From IMG/VR virus record IMGVR_UViG_3300037851_000284, positions 96,001 through 160,000 of that record: 64,000 nt of DNA; one strand, 5' to 3'. A program made the position numbers and the translations under genes. The stretch is from a virus (lineage: Duplodnaviria; Caudoviricetes). Below the pieces are notes generated by a model, which had not been told where the DNA came from, ran no database searches, and was given only the letters and a program-made list of their open reading frames with translations. Of the stretch, positions 1-9,452 are shown one piece after another (positions within the stretch are counted from its first letter, which is position 1; every line of letters starts with the position of its first letter).

Positions 1-1899
1 GAACAAAAAGATATAAATGATTTAAAATATTTATACGATTGTGACTATATAATAAACTGTGCTGCTGAGACTCATGTTGATAATTCAATAGTCAAAAACG
101 ACGAGTTTTTACACTCAAATATTAATGGAGCACACAACATTCTAGAATTAATCAGAAGTAAAAGCCACTTCAAGATGCCTACTTTAATACACTTTAGTTG
201 TTATGATGAAAAGACAAAAGTATTAACACGTCAGGGATTAAGAGAATACTACCAAGTAAAAGTAGGAGATGAAGTATTAAGCATAAACACAGTTACAAAA
301 AACACGGAATTCAAAAAGATTTTGAAAGTAATAATTCAAGATTATGATGGCGAAATGGTACATTTCAAACATAAATCCGATGATTTAATGGTGACTCCTA
401 ATCATAGGATGTATTTTTTGAAGAATAAAAAAATCCAAATAGGAGAGGCTAAAAGTATATGTGATAAACACGGACAAACATATTTGAGAGGAAACAAAAG
501 TGGAAAAGAGTCAGACATTAATATAGAAGGATTAGGATTATTACCATCAAAAGAAGTATTTTATCTATCTGGAATATTTATTGGAGATGGTTTTCTTGCT
601 AATCAAGTAAAATTAACAAGAAACAAAAGTGGATTGAAAAGAGAAGATTACCTATCTAAATGTAGAAGTAATTTAGGACAATTCAAGAAACTGTCGCATA
701 TTGGAGATAATGAATATAGCAAGTCTGAGTGCTACAGGATATATTTTGATGTACCAGAAAAAGATAAAGCAAGAAAAAAATTGGAAAAAACATTAAATGT
801 ATTAAAAATAAACTGGTATCCTGAAAAAAATAGCTCAGAAGAACATATTTATTTTTCATCTAAAGAATGGAGCAATTATTTTTCGCAGTTTGGACAATAT
901 GCAGAAAATAAAACAATTCCTGATTGGATGTTCGATTATGACCATTCAATTTTAAGGGAGCTTTATAATGGTATTATAGATAGTGATGGATATAGAAATA
1001 ATTCTGGTACAGGAATTTTAACAACAACATCTTACAGTTTAGTCCAAAAATGCTGTATTCTTGGTTACTCTCTTAATTTTTATATGAAGTTTTCATCTTA
1101 CAAACAACCGAATAATCTACCACAATTTAAAGATGGAAGAGAAATAAAATCTAGAAAAAAGTCGTATCAAGTATTTTTTAACACGCAAAATATAGGATGT
1201 GGAAATGAAAAATATCATATAGATAACTACAAGGGAAAAATTTGGTGTTTAACCGTTGAGGATAATAAAAATCTAATAGTAGAGAGAAACGGATTATTGA
1301 AAATTTCAGGAAACACAGATGAAGTATACGGAGATTCTTCTGGAACACATACTGAGAAAAGTGTTCTCAATCCGAGCAACCCATATTCTTCTACTAAAGC
1401 TGCAGCAGATATGCTAATATTAGCATGGGCTCGAACCTATAAAATTCCTTACGTGATAGTAAGACCTTCTAATAACTATGGCATCGGTCAGTATGTAGAG
1501 AAACTAATACCCAAGGCATGTAAGTTCTTATCATTAGGAAGAAAGATTCCTCTACATGATGGAGGAACGCCTATGAGAACTTGGTTACATGCTAGCGATA
1601 CAGCAGAAGCAATACTAACCATCATAGAAAAAGGACGCGCAAACGAAATATTTAATATAGCAGGAGACTACGAGGATTCTAATTTAAATATAATAACCAA
1701 AATACTAAGAGTATATTATGATAGTAAGAACATAAACATATTAAATTACATAGACTTAAACTACAGAAGATTAGGTCATGATATAAGATACCAAATAGAC
1801 GACAGTAAATTAAGAAAATTAGGTTGGAAACCAAAAACAGATTTTGATAAAGTACTTCCAAATATAATTAGTTACTATAAGGAGAACTTCATATGGTAA
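1..1899 (+). CDS. rmlB: dTDP-glucose 4,6-dehydratase (RmlB/RfbB family), intein-containing, 5' end outside window
   Basis: Frame 1 is open from base 1 (EQKDIND...INCAAETHVDNSI...NINGAHNILE). After removing the intein it reads HFS-TDEVYG, and has YSSTKAAAD (YxxxK), RPSNNYGIGQYVEKLIP, RTWLHASD and GHDIRY, all RmlB hallmarks. Confidence 0.92.
   Translation, partial: EQKDINDLKYLYDCDYIINCAAETHVDNSIVKNDEFLHSNINGAHNILELIRSKSHFKMPTLIHFSCYDEKTKVLTRQGLREYYQVKVGDEVLSINTVTKNTEFKKILKVIIQDYDGEMVHFKHKSDDLMVTPNHRMYFLKNKKIQIGEAKSICDKHGQTYLRGNKSGKESDINIEGLGLLPSKEVFYLSGIFIGDGFLANQVKLTRNKSGLKREDYLSKCRSNLGQFKKLSHIGDNEYSKSECYRIYFDVPEKDKARKKLEKTLNVLKINWYPEKNSSEEHIYFSSKEWSNYFSQFGQYAENKTIPDWMFDYDHSILRELYNGIIDSDGYRNNSGTGILTTTSYSLVQKCCILGYSLNFYMKFSSYKQPNNLPQFKDGREIKSRKKSYQVFFNTQNIGCGNEKYHIDNYKGKIWCLTVEDNKNLIVERNGLLKISGNTDEVYGDSSGTHTEKSVLNPSNPYSSTKAAADMLILAWARTYKIPYVIVRPSNNYGIGQYVEKLIPKACKFLSLGRKIPLHDGGTPMRTWLHASDTAEAILTIIEKGRANEIFNIAGDYEDSNLNIITKILRVYYDSKNINILNYIDLNYRRLGHDIRYQIDDSKLRKLGWKPKTDFDKVLPNIISYYKENFIW
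199..1314 (+). mobile_element. Class 1 intein (372 aa) with LAGLIDADG homing endonuclease in rmlB
   Basis: Starts CYDEKT (Cys1); block B VTPNHRM; LAGLIDADG-like blocks YLSGIFIGDG and YNGIIDSDG; block F IWCLTVEDNKNLIV; ends ISGN, with Thr as the +1 extein residue. Confidence 0.93.
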
Positions 1900-3005
1900 A
1901 AAGATGTCATCTATGTGGAGAAAAGCTATTAAAAAACCCGATAATAACTCTAGAAGGTATACCTCAAGCAGCACAGTTTTTCTTGAATAATACAAACGAT
2001 AGAGACAAACCGATCAATCTAGTAATAAAACAATGTTCTTCTTGTGGGTTAGTACAGCATACTAATAAACCAGTAAAGTATTACAAAGAAGTTATTACTG
2101 CTTCTAACGTATCAGATACAACAAGAGAAATAAGACAAAAAACACTTAGTAAGATAATAGATACCTATTGCTTAAAAGGAAAGAAAGTATTCGAAATAGG
2201 ATGTGGAAAGGGGAATAACCTTGATATATTAAATGATTTATATATGCGTCCTTATGGTATAGAATTTTCGAACCAAAACAAATATAACATTTTTAAAAAT
2301 TATATATTAGATAAAACAATAAAAGGACCGAAAGATTTCATAGTATCATTTAATTATCTAGAGCATTTACCAAATATAGATAAAGTAATTAAAAAGATTT
2401 ACGATATACTTTCTAACGACGGATTAATTTATGCCACAGTACCAAATTTAGGATACCTTTTAGATACGAAATCCTACTACGAATTCGTTCCTGATCATAT
2501 TTCTTATTTTACTAAAGATACTTTAAGCTTTGCCTTTCATAAGAACGGATTTGATGTCTTAATTAATAACATAATAAACGATAAAAACGATATAGAGATA
2601 TTAGCTAGAAAAAGAAGTAAAATAATAATAGATAATGAAGAGACCAAATCTATTATACGTGAACTAAAATCAATAACAAGTAAATATAATAGAGTTGCTA
2701 TATTCGGAGCTGGTCATAGAACACTTACCCTACTATCACTATTAAAAGATACTAATAATATAAAATATATAGTTGATTCTTGTCAGTTCAAGCAATTCAA
2801 GTATTCATCTATAACGCACTTAAGAATACTACCAGAGGAAAGCTTAATAAGAAATCCAGTAGATTTACTATTAATTATGGTTCCAGGAATATTTCCAAAG
2901 GATGTAGTAGAGAAGATTAAAAAACTAAGATTATCCTGCGATATAGGCACTTTAAAGGATAATAAAATACTTATAGAAAAGATAAATAATGACACTAACA
3001 GATAG
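1893..3005 (+). CDS. NDP-sugar C-methyltransferase family protein (Zn-binding, class I SAM and C-terminal domains), divergent paralog
   Basis: N-terminal CHLCG...CSSCGLVQ Zn motif, VFEIGCGKG SAM motif, NYLEHLP, VPDHISYFT, C-terminal IFGAGHRTLTLL...IVDS...KQFK. Confidence 0.8.
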   Translation: MVKRCHLCGEKLLKNPIITLEGIPQAAQFFLNNTNDRDKPINLVIKQCSSCGLVQHTNKPVKYYKEVITASNVSDTTREIRQKTLSKIIDTYCLKGKKVFEIGCGKGNNLDILNDLYMRPYGIEFSNQNKYNIFKNYILDKTIKGPKDFIVSFNYLEHLPNIDKVIKKIYDILSNDGLIYATVPNLGYLLDTKSYYEFVPDHISYFTKDTLSFAFHKNGFDVLINNIINDKNDIEILARKRSKIIIDNEETKSIIRELKSITSKYNRVAIFGAGHRTLTLLSLLKDTNNIKYIVDSCQFKQFKYSSITHLRILPEESLIRNPVDLLLIMVPGIFPKDVVEKIKKLRLSCDIGTLKDNKILIEKINNDTNR

Positions 3006-4032
3006 AGAAGCAAGAATAAGAACCAGTCTTCAGGAGCGTAAACCAAGAGCGTTTGAAAAGATACAGAACTTTCCTGAAAAGATAAAAAACCATGAGTCTA
3101 TAGCATTGTTACAATTACAATACAAATATGCTTGTAATTTTAAATGTAAACACTGTGCTATAGAAAAGTTCAAACAAGCAGGAGGTAAGACGCTTACTCT
3201 AGATGAAGTCAAAAGCATAGCGGACCAGTCTGATAAAATTGGATTGGCAAGTATCTGTATATCCGGAGGAGAACCTTTAATATTTAAAGACTTAAAAGAA
3301 GTAGTGGATAATATAGGGCCTAGCAGGTTTAATATCAGTCTAGATACTAATGGGTGGTTTCTATCAAAAGAAAAGATAAAATGGTTAGTCGATATAGGAG
3401 TAGATAGAATACACCTAAGTATAGACGGTTTGGAACAGAACCACTCTATGTTCAGAGGAGAGAAAGATTCTTGGAAAAAATGTATACAAGCATTAGACTG
3501 GTGTAAGTTATACGGTTTAGGAGTTATTATAAATATAGTTATAACTAAAGACTTAATAAAATCTGGAGAACTAATAAACCAACTTGAATATATAAAACAA
3601 TTTAATCAGCACGCAAGCATGATATACGCCAAGCCTACTGGCTCATTTGAAGAACATAAAGACCAAGTTCTAGATACTAAAGATATAGAATACGTGCAGT
3701 CTTTAACATCTAAATACAATTGTTCTACCCATTTATCTCCTAATTGCGGTCATGAGTTTGGGTGCCTTTGTTTTAAAAGACACTTCTCTATAACAGCCTA
3801 TGGAGATGTTCTAGCATGTCCTTGGATTCCAATTTCGTTCGGTAATATTAGAGAAGAATCCTTACAAGATATTATAAATAGAGGACTTAAAATGAAATGG
3901 TTCTCTTATGATAACAAATACAGCTGTCAAAGTGGTAATACTGATACGTTTTTCTACCAGAAAATTCTTTCACAAGTTAATGATAATAAACAATATCCAG
4001 TTAGTTGGAAAGATATAAATTGGTATGATTGA
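2989..4032 (+). CDS. Radical SAM enzyme with C-terminal twitch/SPASM-like domain
   Basis: CNFKCKHC (CxxxCxxC), ISGGEP, DTNG; C-terminal CLCFKRHFSITAYGDVLACPW...FGNI. Confidence 0.88.
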   Translation: MTLTDREARIRTSLQERKPRAFEKIQNFPEKIKNHESIALLQLQYKYACNFKCKHCAIEKFKQAGGKTLTLDEVKSIADQSDKIGLASICISGGEPLIFKDLKEVVDNIGPSRFNISLDTNGWFLSKEKIKWLVDIGVDRIHLSIDGLEQNHSMFRGEKDSWKKCIQALDWCKLYGLGVIINIVITKDLIKSGELINQLEYIKQFNQHASMIYAKPTGSFEEHKDQVLDTKDIEYVQSLTSKYNCSTHLSPNCGHEFGCLCFKRHFSITAYGDVLACPWIPISFGNIREESLQDIINRGLKMKWFSYDNKYSCQSGNTDTFFYQKILSQVNDNKQYPVSWKDINWYD

Positions 4033-5023
4033 TAATGACTTATTTTTTATAAGTAATAGCTTTAATAAAGAACTACTAAGAAACAAAACTTTTCTTATAA
4101 CTGGCGGATACGGAACTTTATTAACGTATCTAGTTTGGGAATTATTATTTCTTAATAAGATGTACAAACTTAATATTAAGATAATATTACTATGTAATAA
4201 TGTACATAAAGCAGAAACTAGATATTGGCAATACAGGGGAGACGAATCATTAATATATATACTTGATAATTTAATGACTCCTATTAATATAACAGACAAT
4301 ATAGACTATATAATCCATGGAGCAGGTTATGCTAGTTCTAAGGCATTTATAAATAATCCTATAGAAACCATAACTCCCAACACCATTGGAACTTATAACC
4401 TACTTGAACTTGCAAGAAAGAAACAAGTTAAAACTTTCATGTATGTTAGTAGCGCTGCTGTATATGGACGCCCAGATAAAGAAATAGTAGACGAGAATTA
4501 CATGGGAAGAAACGATTTCACGGTAGTAGAAAACTGTTATCCTACGTCAAAACAAATGGGTGAAAATTTATGTCTAAGTTTTAACAGGACATATAATATT
4601 CCTATTAAAATAATAAGACCTTCTCACAATTATGGGATAACTTTAGACCTTAAGACTGATGATAGGTTGATGGCTAGATTTTTTGATTCTATAATACACA
4701 ATAAAGTATTTGAAATATCAGGAAGAGGAAGAGCAAAAAGGTCTATTATATACATAGCTGATACTATGGCCGCCATATTTCTAATATTAATTAAAGGCCA
4801 AGATAATATATATAATATATCAGATACTACTAATTATATTAATATAAATCAACTAATAAAAAGATCAAAACAGAAAATTACAACCAAATTTGTTAATGAT
4901 AAAGAGAAGCATAATAACTTCTTAGCATATCCAAGAAACTTATTTAAATTAGGTTGGTCTTGTAAATATAATCTAACTCATACTATAGACTTTGTTCGTA
5001 GAGAATTATCATGCTTCACTTAA
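4025..5023 (+). CDS. NAD-dependent epimerase/dehydratase (extended SDR), UDP-glucuronate decarboxylase-like
   Basis: ITGGYGTL Rossmann motif, IIHGAGYAS, NTIGTYNLLE, SSAAVYG, CYPTSKQMGE (YxxxK), IRPSHNYG. Exact reaction unresolved. Confidence 0.78.
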   Translation: MIDNDLFFISNSFNKELLRNKTFLITGGYGTLLTYLVWELLFLNKMYKLNIKIILLCNNVHKAETRYWQYRGDESLIYILDNLMTPINITDNIDYIIHGAGYASSKAFINNPIETITPNTIGTYNLLELARKKQVKTFMYVSSAAVYGRPDKEIVDENYMGRNDFTVVENCYPTSKQMGENLCLSFNRTYNIPIKIIRPSHNYGITLDLKTDDRLMARFFDSIIHNKVFEISGRGRAKRSIIYIADTMAAIFLILIKGQDNIYNISDTTNYININQLIKRSKQKITTKFVNDKEKHNNFLAYPRNLFKLGWSCKYNLTHTIDFVRRELSCFT

Positions 5024-5688
5024 TGACATATTTTAATAAAGAATTCTTAGGTATAGCACAAGAGTTTTTACTACCGAGCATACCTAAAGAATTCAATACA
5101 ATAGATATAACCTATACGACTCTAGAGGATGTATCCAATCTAAACAAAAAGGGAATGATAACGCGCCTAGAGGCTGGTAGAGATAAGATATTAGCTTATC
5201 GAAACAAATATCTAATGTTTGTTGATGCGGACGTAATTTTCTATAAGAATTTCAGCTCTGAAAAGGCAATAAGCTTATTGAAAAATCACGACTTATTATT
5301 TCAGTTAAATGGCGAATGGCCTTATAATACGGGAATCTGGTTAGCAAGGTGTACAGAAGATGTTTATTGGTTTTTTAATAGATGGATAGACGAAATTAGA
5401 AAACAAGATACTGTAAACATCTTTAATTCAGACCAAGCGTTCTTAAATAAAATGTTAAAAGAGCAAAAAGCGATCAGACACACACATCTTCCAGTACAAT
5501 ATAGCGCAAGTCATATGGATAACATATACTTAAGCTATCAAACTATAGGACAGCCTAGGCCTAGTACTAAAGAATTTGGGATGTATAAGTACATACCACA
5601 AGATACTATTCTATTTCATGCTACAGGAGCATACAGCATAGAAGAGAAAAAACACGTTTTAACTTGGGCAAGGGAGCAATTAAAATGA
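5011..5688 (+). CDS. Nucleotide-diphospho-sugar transferase (GT-A fold, GT77-like); start may be 5023
   Basis: MFVDADVIF (DxD), YNTGIW, SDQAFLN. ATG at 5023 overlaps the upstream TAA. Confidence 0.72.
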   Translation: MLHLMTYFNKEFLGIAQEFLLPSIPKEFNTIDITYTTLEDVSNLNKKGMITRLEAGRDKILAYRNKYLMFVDADVIFYKNFSSEKAISLLKNHDLLFQLNGEWPYNTGIWLARCTEDVYWFFNRWIDEIRKQDTVNIFNSDQAFLNKMLKEQKAIRHTHLPVQYSASHMDNIYLSYQTIGQPRPSTKEFGMYKYIPQDTILFHATGAYSIEEKKHVLTWAREQLK

Positions 5689-6536
5689 TATATTTAATGA
5701 CTAGTTCGTTTAAGCAGCCAGTTTGGGTAGATACCCAGATGAGATATCTACAAAAATATACAAAACCGGAAGACTATACAGTAGTTCTAGGAACTTATAT
5801 GTGGGACGAAAACATAAAAAGAGAGTTCCCTAGTAACTATAAGATAATTAATATGAATAATGTCCCTAATGAACACTATCTGCAGATGATGTATTTATAT
5901 GATAAAGTAACTAAAGACATAGCTCAACCCAATGATATAGTAGCATTTCTGGATGGTGATGCTTTTCCAATATGTGCTGGGTGGGTGGATAAGCTTAAAA
6001 AATATATGTCAGAATACAATATGGCTTGTATATATAGATACGAAGATAGAGGATATCAAGATGTAGATGGATATTGGCCAGCTCCTCATTTAAGTTTCTC
6101 GGCATTTAATAAAAGAATTAAAGACATTTATGACTTAAGATGGGAACTTACAGGAGACCACTTTGCTCATACTATCGTAGATAAAATAAGGAACAACGGA
6201 CTAAAAGTTAAAGAGCTAAAAAGAACCAATGTTTATAATGCTCATAATGTAATGTTTGGAGTATATGACGACATGATTTATCATAACGGTAGTGGAACTA
6301 GAGGTCTATTAGGACGACCTATAGCAGCCTATCACGGAGCACCACTTAATTTAACAAGACAGGCATATGAAGGTTCTGACCTAACCCACAGAATGAGACT
6401 ATGGCAAGGAAGAGAATGGGAAGAAGCTTGTGTTGATATAATAAAAATAAACGTAGGAATATTCGATGTCATAACTAATGCTATCAAAGAAGACAAAGAT
6501 TGTAATATTATAAGCAGATATTTTCTTGGAAAATAA
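5685..6536 (+). CDS. Putative GT-A-fold glycosyltransferase-like protein
   Basis: VAFLDGDAFPI (DxD) after a beta-alpha N-terminus. ATG 5685 overlaps the upstream TGA and follows AGGGAG, so it is preferred over the track's TTG at 5664. Confidence 0.5.
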   Translation: MIYLMTSSFKQPVWVDTQMRYLQKYTKPEDYTVVLGTYMWDENIKREFPSNYKIINMNNVPNEHYLQMMYLYDKVTKDIAQPNDIVAFLDGDAFPICAGWVDKLKKYMSEYNMACIYRYEDRGYQDVDGYWPAPHLSFSAFNKRIKDIYDLRWELTGDHFAHTIVDKIRNNGLKVKELKRTNVYNAHNVMFGVYDDMIYHNGSGTRGLLGRPIAAYHGAPLNLTRQAYEGSDLTHRMRLWQGREWEEACVDIIKINVGIFDVITNAIKEDKDCNIISRYFLGK

Positions 6537-6537
6537 T

Positions 6538-8697
6538 ATGTTTGATGTTGTTTTCGTAAGACCTCCAAACCCATTAGAATTAAACCCATCTAAAAGACAG
6601 GGCATCACAAGGTGCCCTCTTAACCTCGCTTTACTTTCCTCTTATATAAGAACTAATAGCAAACTAACATGTACTATAGTTGATTTCGAAATAACTGACG
6701 CTATAAATGCCAGATATATGGCAGAAACTATATTGTCTAATAACCCAAAATATGTATGTTTTACCACCCTTACTCCAAGATTTCCTACAGTAGTTCGTAC
6801 AATTGAATGGATTTATAATCTAAAGCCTAAAGTTATAAATATAATAGGAGGCCCCCATGTAACGGGATCGCCCTATAACTCTATAAATTATAAAGGAATA
6901 TCTTATGCCATAACTGGAGAAGGAGAAGAAGCATTATTAGAATTATTATTAGCACTTGAGGAAAACAAAGACGTTTCTAATATAAAAAACTTGTTATATA
7001 AAAAAGATAATATGATAAAGACTAATGAACAAAGACCATTTATAAAAAATTTAGATAGTCTACCATTACCCGCATGGGACCTAATGGACATTAGTAAGTA
7101 TCTAGACCCTCAGTGTTTTAATGGTCCACATATGGCAGTATTTACCTCAAGAGGATGCCCTTATTCGTGTCTTCGAGGAGATACAATTATACATACTATA
7201 GATGGTGATTTTCCTATAAAAGAACTTATAGGAAAAGATATAAAAGTATTAACAAGAGACCCAATAACACAAGAACCAATTTATGCTCAATCTTCAAATA
7301 TAGGAATTTATGGAAAAAATAAAAAACTATTGAGAATTCATTTTAATGATGGGACTCATATAGATTGTACACCAGACCATAAATTTATGGTATTTAAAGC
7401 AAAAAATCAATACACAAAAGAAAGAGAATGGGAAGTAGAAGCAAAAGATTTAAAACCTAAACAAAGTGTTAGAGCTGTTCGTTTTGAAACTACGGCACAA
7501 GGATATATTAACTTATCAACCAGAAGAAATATAAATAGAAAACGTTCTCATATTGTAATAGAATCAGTTGAAAATTGTAAAATATTAAATGATGAACAAG
7601 TGCATCATATTGATAGAAATAAAAGTAATGATACACCATCTAATCTATTAAGAGTAAAAAGAGAAAAACATATATCTATATATCATCCAGAAGTGTCAAA
7701 ACGAATGAAAATAAACAATCCTATTTGGAATAAAACCCACGAACAAAGAGTTAAACATTCAAAATTAATTACAACAGGTAAAAAAAGAAGTCCGGAATCA
7801 AAAGAACGTTACAGACTATCAAAATTAGGACAAAAAAACCCAAATTTTGGAAAACACTCTTGGAATTATAAAGGATTAAAAAACCAAGGAAACGAAGTAA
7901 ATCATAAAATAGATTTTATAGAATATTTAAAAGAAAAAGAAGATGTTTATTGCATGAGTGTTCCTGGATATGATTGGTTTTATGCAAATAAAGTATTAGT
8001 ACATAATTGTAAGTTTTGTGCTTCTGCTGTAACCTGGAACCATAAGGTAAGATTTAGATCTCCAGATAGTGTATTAAAAGAATTATCCTATATAGTTAAT
8101 AACTTAGGCATAAATAATATAATGTTCCATGACGACAGCTTCGCTGCCAATAGAAAAAGAGCTATAGAAATATGCTCAAAAATTATAGATGCTAAGTTAA
8201 ATATAAATTATACGGTACAGATAAGAGCTGATAACATAAATAACGAGTTACTAGACGTATTAAAACGCTCAGGTTGTAAGTTTATAGCTATTGGAGTAGA
8301 GAGCGGAAATGAAAAAATTCTTAAATCTTTAGGTAAAAAAGAAACTAAAGAACAAATTATCAATGCTATCAAACTAATAAAAAAGTATAATATTAAAAGT
8401 GTAGCAAGTTATGTAATAGGATTCCCCGAAGATACCCATGAAACAATAAAAGAAACAATAGACTTTGCTGAACAATTAAAAGCCGACCAGTCTAAATTTA
8501 TGATACTATCAGCTTATCCAGGAACATATTATTATACACATGCAAAAATATTAGGCCTCATAAACGAATACAGTTTTGATCAGATGGAAGAAACCACATT
8601 TTATGACCACGTATCTATAAACTTATCACAAGTATCGAGTAAAGACTTGTTAAAATATCAAGATGAAGCATACATGCGTCTAGAAGGTAGTAATTAA
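6538..8697 (+). CDS. B12-binding-domain radical SAM enzyme (class B methyltransferase-like), intein-containing
   Basis: N-terminal cobalamin-binding features (IIGGPHVT, ITGEGEE). The spliced motif SRGCPYS-CKFC gives CxxxCxxC. Also FHDDSF, IGVESG, VIGFPEDT, AYPGT. ATG 6538 preferred over TTG 6526. Confidence 0.9.
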   Translation: MFDVVFVRPPNPLELNPSKRQGITRCPLNLALLSSYIRTNSKLTCTIVDFEITDAINARYMAETILSNNPKYVCFTTLTPRFPTVVRTIEWIYNLKPKVINIIGGPHVTGSPYNSINYKGISYAITGEGEEALLELLLALEENKDVSNIKNLLYKKDNMIKTNEQRPFIKNLDSLPLPAWDLMDISKYLDPQCFNGPHMAVFTSRGCPYSCLRGDTIIHTIDGDFPIKELIGKDIKVLTRDPITQEPIYAQSSNIGIYGKNKKLLRIHFNDGTHIDCTPDHKFMVFKAKNQYTKEREWEVEAKDLKPKQSVRAVRFETTAQGYINLSTRRNINRKRSHIVIESVENCKILNDEQVHHIDRNKSNDTPSNLLRVKREKHISIYHPEVSKRMKINNPIWNKTHEQRVKHSKLITTGKKRSPESKERYRLSKLGQKNPNFGKHSWNYKGLKNQGNEVNHKIDFIEYLKEKEDVYCMSVPGYDWFYANKVLVHNCKFCASAVTWNHKVRFRSPDSVLKELSYIVNNLGINNIMFHDDSFAANRKRAIEICSKIIDAKLNINYTVQIRADNINNELLDVLKRSGCKFIAIGVESGNEKILKSLGKKETKEQIINAIKLIKKYNIKSVASYVIGFPEDTHETIKETIDFAEQLKADQSKFMILSAYPGTYYYTHAKILGLINEYSFDQMEETTFYDHVSINLSQVSSKDLLKYQDEAYMRLEGSN
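7168..8007 (+). mobile_element. Class 1 intein (280 aa) with HNH endonuclease and NUMOD3-like DNA-binding repeats
   Basis: Starts CLRGDT; block B CTPDHKF; VHHIDRNKSNDTPSNL (HNH); GKKRSPESKERYRLSKLGQKNPNFGK (NUMOD3-like); block F VYCMSVPGYDWFYAN; ends VHN, with Cys at +1. Confidence 0.93.
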
Positions 8698-9452
8698 TGG
8701 AAGATTTAGCAATAGTAGTTAATACTAATTCTAACTATGAAGATTTATGGTTAATGTTTTATAATGAGTTATATGAACATTTTCCTAATCATCCTAAAGT
8801 ATATACTTTTGTTGATAAGCCGGACGATATTAAATTTTCTGGATATATCAGTGTGTTTTCTGGACACACTATATATTATGATAAAAATCAATGTTTTAGA
8901 GACCAGTATTTATCTTGTATTAAACAAGTTCCAGAGAAATATTGTATAACTATGAACGAAGATTATATCTTATATAAAGATGTTGACTTTGACCGCGTAA
9001 AGTATTATATTAATATATTAGAGAGCACAGAATACAGCTTTATAAGATTCACTTCAACCGACGAAAACCATCAATTCGAATACAGTTCAGGACTTTATCA
9101 TATACCTTTTTATAGTAACAACTTATATTCGCAAACAGCATCAATATGGAAAACAAGAGTATTAGAACGTATACACGAAAAGGGTCCTCAGCTACATATA
9201 GCATCTAGAGGTGAAAAAGAGGGACACTTTGAAGAAGCAGCCAATCAAATATGTATGTATTTGGGTATAGAAGGACTATGTCATTGGTGTAAAGAGCCTA
9301 AGAGAGGACAAGCACATTATGACAATAATGTAGTGCCCTATGTGGCATCTGCTTTGGTCAAAGGCAAATGGAACTTATTAGAATACAAAAAAGAATTAGA
9401 ACCACTACTAGAAAAATATATCATTAACCCTTATCTAAGGGGAATTTTTTGA
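8697..9452 (+). CDS. Hypothetical protein, glycosyltransferase-like
   Basis: GT-A-like N-terminus (AIVVNTNSNYEDLW) and acidic TMNEDY motif; embedded in the sugar cluster and coupled to neighbours. Confidence 0.4.
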   Translation: MEDLAIVVNTNSNYEDLWLMFYNELYEHFPNHPKVYTFVDKPDDIKFSGYISVFSGHTIYYDKNQCFRDQYLSCIKQVPEKYCITMNEDYILYKDVDFDRVKYYINILESTEYSFIRFTSTDENHQFEYSSGLYHIPFYSNNLYSQTASIWKTRVLERIHEKGPQLHIASRGEKEGHFEEAANQICMYLGIEGLCHWCKEPKRGQAHYDNNVVPYVASALVKGKWNLLEYKKELEPLLEKYIINPYLRGIF

